Assembly (NCBI GenBank): GCA_965218425.1 | Contig: OZ244621.1 | Coordinates: forward strand, 4,032,001-4,096,000 | Direction: 5' to 3' | DNA: 64,000 nucleotides | Source of the DNA: an uncultured Candidatus Binatia bacterium | Lineage (GTDB): Bacteria > Desulfobacterota > Binatia > UBA9968 > CAXXLF01 | Shown: piece after piece, positions 59,418 through 64,000 of the stretch | Position numbering within the stretch: position 1 is the stretch's first letter | Layout: every line of letters starts with the position of its first letter | The notes under the pieces: model-generated | The model's input: only the letters and a program-made list of their open reading frames with translations | Databases searched by the model: none | What the model was told of the DNA's origin: nothing | Translations under genes and position numbers: made by a program

Positions 59418-59663
59418 TTGCTCCATGTTCCGGGCATGGACATTGTAAGGGAGGCCGCTCCTTCTTTTGCTTTTCCCACGCAGACCACCTATATCGAGAG
59501 GGGAAAAGGGCTCGACGGCGAGCTGGCCCGGCAAGCAGAATCCAGAGTCAAAGAGCGGAAGGAACACAAAGCTCTCTACCTTCCGGAGTTTGCGCCGGAG
59601 AAGATTAGCGAGCTCCGGGGTTCGTTGGATTATCCACCACCGGGATCCGCTTCGTTCGGATAA
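59418..59663 (+). pseudogene. MscS mechanosensitive channel C-terminal remnant
   Basis: MDIVREAAPSFAFPTQTTYI...LDYPPPGS; upstream part missing. Confidence 0.65.
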
Positions 59664-59695
59664 GAGATCAGAGAGGATTTGGCGTCGGTTTTGGT

Positions 59696-60658
59696 CTAGC
59701 CTGACACTTGGGGATCGGTCCAAATATCTCTGAAACGAACCGCCACCACTTGCTCGTAAGGTACTGGGCCGGGCAGTAAACCAACTGATTGTGCAAAGGA
59801 ATTGAGTTTTAGAACTGCATCTTCAGAAATGACCGGATCGTAAAAGGGAGAGTCACGCTCCACAAGAGTCTGAACAAGCGCGGCAGCCTCTGGCGGGAAA
59901 CGGCGCTGTCCTACCTTCGCCGAAAGAATTGGCTCTGCGCGAAGTGCTATTTGGGTTTTCACAATGGCGCGCACAGCGGCTGCGACACACTCCGGATCGC
60001 GCGCGATCAATGAATCGGTTGTAGCGAGCCCGGCGAAGGTAAAGTGACGCACCTCGGCAGGGTCGTCGCCGCGTCGCACATCGAGAAGAATCTTTCCGAT
60101 CCCTCGTCTTACCGCGGTCTCGCTCCCCATGGCGTTGGCCCAGAAACCGTCCACCAGGCCTGATTCAAGGGCCTGAGCCGCAAATACCCCGAAAGAAACT
60201 TTGGTCCCATCTGTACCGGGAGGATGCACAACCTCTACTCCGTCTCGATGGGCGTTAATGCCGGCCTCGATTAGCAATCGTTTGAACAAGAGATCCGGTC
60301 CATGAGCCGCCGCGATGCGGAGCCCCTTCAGCGCGCTGATGTCTCCACGCTTCGCAGGGAGATCGCTGCGGACAACGAGCAGATGGGGAGTTCCCTGGGA
60401 GAGGGCAACCACCAGCTTGACCCCTTGCCAACGGGGAAACACTGTCAGGAGATCGAACATGGTGCCTGCAATCATGGCATCGGCATTGCCATCTCTGAGC
60501 GCCTTGGTTGCCATGAGCTGGGGAAACAGCTCCACCTGGGCATCCAAGCCTTCAGCCCTGTAAAATCCTAACTCCTCCGCGGCAAGGGCAGGAAAACAAG
60601 TATTGCTCACCAGGTCCACCGCTGCAATACGCATAGTTTTTGTGTCCTTCTCGTTCAC
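59696..60658 (-). CDS. NMT1/SsuA-like ABC substrate-binding protein, no signal peptide
   Basis: FPALAAEELGFYRAEGLD, ALKGLRI, AAVRAIVK, VPYEQVV. Confidence 0.8.
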   Translation of the reverse strand: MNEKDTKTMRIAAVDLVSNTCFPALAAEELGFYRAEGLDAQVELFPQLMATKALRDGNADAMIAGTMFDLLTVFPRWQGVKLVVALSQGTPHLLVVRSDLPAKRGDISALKGLRIAAAHGPDLLFKRLLIEAGINAHRDGVEVVHPPGTDGTKVSFGVFAAQALESGLVDGFWANAMGSETAVRRGIGKILLDVRRGDDPAEVRHFTFAGLATTDSLIARDPECVAAAVRAIVKTQIALRAEPILSAKVGQRRFPPEAAALVQTLVERDSPFYDPVISEDAVLKLNSFAQSVGLLPGPVPYEQVVAVRFRDIWTDPQVSG

Positions 60659-60727
60659 TCCACAAAGATTTGCGTTCGTTATCCTTCCTTATTCAAAAAA
60701 TCAAAGAGGGATGCACCAGGTGTGAAC

Positions 60728-61495
60728 TTATATTGCGACATTAGCCAGCACTGGGGTATGGTCAGAGGGCCGCTCCCGGGCTCGCATGTCACGATCGATG
60801 ATACAGCTCTTGCAGCTCTTCGCGAGTTCCGCAGAAAGAAGGATATGATCAATGCGCATCCCCAGGTTTCGTTTGAAAGCGTTCATACGGTAGTCCCACC
60901 AGGTGAAGCTCCGGTTACCCTGTTCAAAGAGACGAAAGCTATCCATCAGCCCGAGCTGGATAAGGGCCGTAAACGCACTGCGCTCCGGGACGCTGAACAG
61001 CACCTTCCCTTCCCACACCTTCGGGTCATGCACGTCACGCTCTTCGGGCGCAATGTTGAAATCACCGAGCACGGCAAGGCGCGGATGGACCTTTAGCTCG
61101 TCTTTGATCCATGAGGTGAGGCGTTTGAGCCATTCCAATTTGTATTGATACTTGTCGGACTCAACACTCTCTCCGTTCGGGACATAGACACAGATGGTGC
61201 GCACACCGTTTAGCGTAGCGGCCATAACGCGTTTTTGCGGATCATCGTAGCCCGGGATTCCTGCCTGGACTTCGTCCGGCGACAATCGGCACAGAATCGC
61301 GACACCGTTATAGGTCTTTTGACCCGAATAAACAGGCTGATAACCCGCGGCCACGATCTCTTGGGTTGGGAATTTCACGTCCTCCAGTTTGGTCTCTTGC
61401 AAACAGAGGGCATCGGGCTCATGAGAAGCCAGCCAGTCCTGGACCTGTGGCAACCGGACCTTGAGTGAATTGACATTCCAAGAAGCTAGCTTCAT
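60728..61495 (-). CDS. xth: Exodeoxyribonuclease III
   Basis: SWNVNS, LQETK, YNGVA, GDFN, FTWWDYR, RIDHIL, SDHTPV. Confidence 0.95.
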   Translation of the reverse strand: MKLASWNVNSLKVRLPQVQDWLASHEPDALCLQETKLEDVKFPTQEIVAAGYQPVYSGQKTYNGVAILCRLSPDEVQAGIPGYDDPQKRVMAATLNGVRTICVYVPNGESVESDKYQYKLEWLKRLTSWIKDELKVHPRLAVLGDFNIAPEERDVHDPKVWEGKVLFSVPERSAFTALIQLGLMDSFRLFEQGNRSFTWWDYRMNAFKRNLGMRIDHILLSAELAKSCKSCIIDRDMRARERPSDHTPVLANVAI

Positions 61496-61526
61496 CGGCG
61501 CCTCACGATCTCTTCGAAGTCCTGGT

Positions 61527-62651
61527 CTAAAGCTCGGGTTCTAGAATCTCCAGACCATCGAAGCGGTCTATGAGAAAAAGCATGGCGTCATCACGGCGAA
61601 AGACATCGTTGCTCATGGGCGCATCCTGGCCCTTACCTGGCCTAGGAACGTAGTAGCCGATCTCATCCGGTGAGTATGGATTAGAAATGTCCAGCATACG
61701 AAGTCCACCTGAGAAATAAGTAACAAACAGGATGTTGTCATAGACCTGTTCCGCCGGTTGGTGAGCGCCTACCTTACCAGGGGCATCGACGCGGGGAAGA
61801 AAATGGGTCGAGATGGGGATTGGTTGCTCTTCATCGGTAATATCATAAAACCAAAGGAACGCTGGTGGATCGGGTCGTTTCTTCTGGGCCTCTTCATCGG
61901 CCACAACGACAATGTCTCGATCCATGAGTTTCCAGGGAACGGGCAAGGCTGTGTGGGTCGGAGAGGGAAAGGTTGGGTGCGTATCGAAGTGACTCACCAG
62001 TTTGGGCCGGCTCATGTCCGAAATATCCAGGATGACGGTTCCTCCGTGCCAGTAACTCACGTACAGCCGATCACCATTCCGAATGGGATGGTGGCAGCGG
62101 CAATCCGTGCCTTCCCAGGTGGGGGTTTCGCCCCCTGCGGTCCACTGTCCCGGCATCCACCAGCGACCCACCTCTTCAGGTTTGGTTGGGTCCTTGAGGT
62201 CTAAGATCAGAACGATGTTACCCACATAACCCTCCATGACGGGAGAGAGGTAGGCGTATCGGCCATCGAAGGTAAAGCGGTGGACACCCTTGCCAGCGGC
62301 TTTGAAAAAGGCAATCTCGCGGGGATGGGATTTGTCGGAGATGTCAAAAATTTTGAGGCCACCCTGGGGCTCCTGGGTGGTTTGAAACCTCTCATAGTTG
62401 ACCAGCATAACATCCCCGCTGACCCGGACTTTATGAGAGTGGATTCCCGGGGGAACCTCAAGCTGAGCCACCACCTTTGGGTGCTTGAGATCCCTCAGGT
62501 CAAGGATAGAAGTCCCGTGCGGCGGGTCAATATGCCCCACATATCCATGCCCATTTTCCACAGTAACAAGACCTCCACCTGGAAGGTCCGTCCTACTGAC
62601 CTGCTTGATCCTCTTACTCGCACCGGACAAAAGCGTTTCTGGGTTCACCAC
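61527..62651 (-). CDS. LVIVD-repeat beta-propeller protein
   Basis: Repeated ILDLRDLKHP / IFDISDKSHP / ILDISDMSRP / LDISNPYSP; GTG start inferred. Confidence 0.82.
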   Translation of the reverse strand: MVNPETLLSGASKRIKQVSRTDLPGGGLVTVENGHGYVGHIDPPHGTSILDLRDLKHPKVVAQLEVPPGIHSHKVRVSGDVMLVNYERFQTTQEPQGGLKIFDISDKSHPREIAFFKAAGKGVHRFTFDGRYAYLSPVMEGYVGNIVLILDLKDPTKPEEVGRWWMPGQWTAGGETPTWEGTDCRCHHPIRNGDRLYVSYWHGGTVILDISDMSRPKLVSHFDTHPTFPSPTHTALPVPWKLMDRDIVVVADEEAQKKRPDPPAFLWFYDITDEEQPIPISTHFLPRVDAPGKVGAHQPAEQVYDNILFVTYFSGGLRMLDISNPYSPDEIGYYVPRPGKGQDAPMSNDVFRRDDAMLFLIDRFDGLEILEPEL

Positions 62652-62676
62652 CTTCTCACCCCCAGGTTTGGTATGA

Positions 62677-64000
62677 CTAGTCCATTGACTTGAAGATCTT
62701 TTCAGCCGTAATGGGCAACTCGAAGAGACGCACACCGATGGCATCGTCCACCGCATTGGCAATGGCCGCCGGCGGGCTAACGTTGGTATGCTCGCCAATG
62801 CCTTTCGCATCGTAAGGACCAGGTCCCCCGTCCGATTGGATCAATACTGTCTTGAGCCTTGGAACATCGGCGATATTCGGGATCTTGTACTCCCCAAGAT
62901 TCTGGGTAGTGATCTTACCGTTATCGTCCACCAATTCCTCCATCAAGGCAGTGCCGATAGCCATCACCGCACCCCCATCAATCTGGCCCTGATGGCCAAG
63001 GGGGTTAATAATGGTCCCCACGTCATGCGCGGTGACAAATCGATGGAGCCGCACTTTTCCCGTTTCCGGATCCACCTCCACCTCCGCCACCTGCGCAACA
63101 AATGAGGTGGAATTTCCCCTCCTCGGAACCTCCAGCTCTACATTGATGGTGACAGGGCCATTTGCTGCTGTGACGACTTCACCAAGCCCGAGCACCCTGC
63201 GGCGGTTCCCCTTGCTCGAATACTGACCCCCTTTATAAATGACTTCCTCCTTGGAACATTGAAGCATCTGAGCTGCTTGGGCGAGCAATTTCTCTCTCAG
63301 CTGTCCACATGCCTCAATCACCGCATGGCCGCCGATATTGGTTGAACGGCTTCCACCGAAGCCGATATCCACACTGTAAGGCACATCTGCTGTGTTGCCG
63401 ATTCGACAGGCCACACGATTCACAGGCACCTGCATTTCCGATGCGACGGTTTGGCATAAGATATTTCGCAAACCGGTTCCCTGATCTCCGCTAACGGTGA
63501 AAACAGTGAGGGTTCCGTCCAGTTCTGCGGTGAGTAGGATCCAGCCTTTGCCGGCCCCCGTACCCCGCTCGTACATTGCGACGCCACGGCCAAAATTAGG
63601 TCCAGGCTTACGCTTATTCCATCCCGCCGCATCCAGGGCCGCCTGTAACGTCTCACGGGCCTTGACTCCACGCCAGGGGCGGCCCAAGGCGTTTTCATCT
63701 CCCTCACCCACCAAATTTTTCATTCGAAACTCAACCGGGTCCATACCAAGCTCTTTGGCCAACAGGTCCATGTGAGATTCCACGGCAAACATGGCATGGA
63801 TCGCCCCCGGTGCCCGCCAAAAACCGCAGGGCACCGTGTTCGTGTAGACCTGGAATGCTTCCATGGAGGTATTTTCAATTCGATAGGGTCCCGCCGACCC
63901 CGCGCCGCCGATACTGCCGCTGCCGGGTTTCTGTCCCGCGTAGGCGCCGGTACCATGCACTGCTTTGAGATACCGGGCCATCATCCTTCCGTCTCGTTTG
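62677..64000 (-). CDS. Xanthine dehydrogenase family molybdopterin-binding subunit, 3' part; starts beyond the window end
   Basis: CGFWRAPG, QGTG, GGSRS, VEVDPETG, HDVGTIINP...GQIDGG, AKGIGE, AIANAV. Confidence 0.92.
   Translation of the reverse strand, partial: KRDGRMMARYLKAVHGTGAYAGQKPGSGSIGGAGSAGPYRIENTSMEAFQVYTNTVPCGFWRAPGAIHAMFAVESHMDLLAKELGMDPVEFRMKNLVGEGDENALGRPWRGVKARETLQAALDAAGWNKRKPGPNFGRGVAMYERGTGAGKGWILLTAELDGTLTVFTVSGDQGTGLRNILCQTVASEMQVPVNRVACRIGNTADVPYSVDIGFGGSRSTNIGGHAVIEACGQLREKLLAQAAQMLQCSKEEVIYKGGQYSSKGNRRRVLGLGEVVTAANGPVTINVELEVPRRGNSTSFVAQVAEVEVDPETGKVRLHRFVTAHDVGTIINPLGHQGQIDGGAVMAIGTALMEELVDDNGKITTQNLGEYKIPNIADVPRLKTVLIQSDGGPGPYDAKGIGEHTNVSPPAAIANAVDDAIGVRLFELPITAEKIFKSMD

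Noticed and set aside
1..64000. CRISPR array, tRNA, rRNA, prophage or integrase
   Set aside because: No regularly spaced direct repeats, tRNA/rRNA signatures or phage structural/integrase genes were seen on manual reading.

Overview
Bacterial chromosomal window (moderately GC-rich). The gene repertoire (many VOC proteins, amidohydrolases, orphan solute-binding proteins, Rieske oxygenase, LLM and XDH-type enzymes) resembles Candidatus Binatia/deltaproteobacterial genomes; this taxonomy is inference only. Main blocks: (1) 1-2.8 kb, an operon of VOC-Rieske, VOC, double-VOC and M24 peptidase genes; (2) folB-folK-VUT transporter-phytase-like esterase-FMN hydroxy-acid oxidase; (3) 6.5-19 kb, a partly decayed stress/dormancy island (USPs, CBS protein, HPF-cold-shock fusion, P-type ATPase remnant, beta-PGM/trehalose-phosphatase fusion, GH65, clpB, hsp20) with several sigma54-type -24/-12 sites, followed by a Zra-like sigma54 two-component system; (4) an intact IS630 with a programmed-frameshift site, inserted just upstream of an EgtB/SenA-like sulfoxide/selenoxide synthase, then a decayed patch (type III Mod, Dam and acyl-CoA dehydrogenase remnants); (5) housekeeping and catabolic genes (typA, era, xth, Rieske oxygenase, amidohydrolases, cupins, asparaginase, XDH Mo subunit). 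Most notable: a DsbA/FrnE-like gene with an in-frame UGA in a U-P-W-C motif followed by a hairpin (probable selenoprotein, truncated in the ORF track), a sigma54-driven island resembling the mycobacterial DosR dormancy gene set, and many deletion scars. No rRNA, tRNA or CRISPR array was seen. All family calls come from motif recognition, not from database searches.
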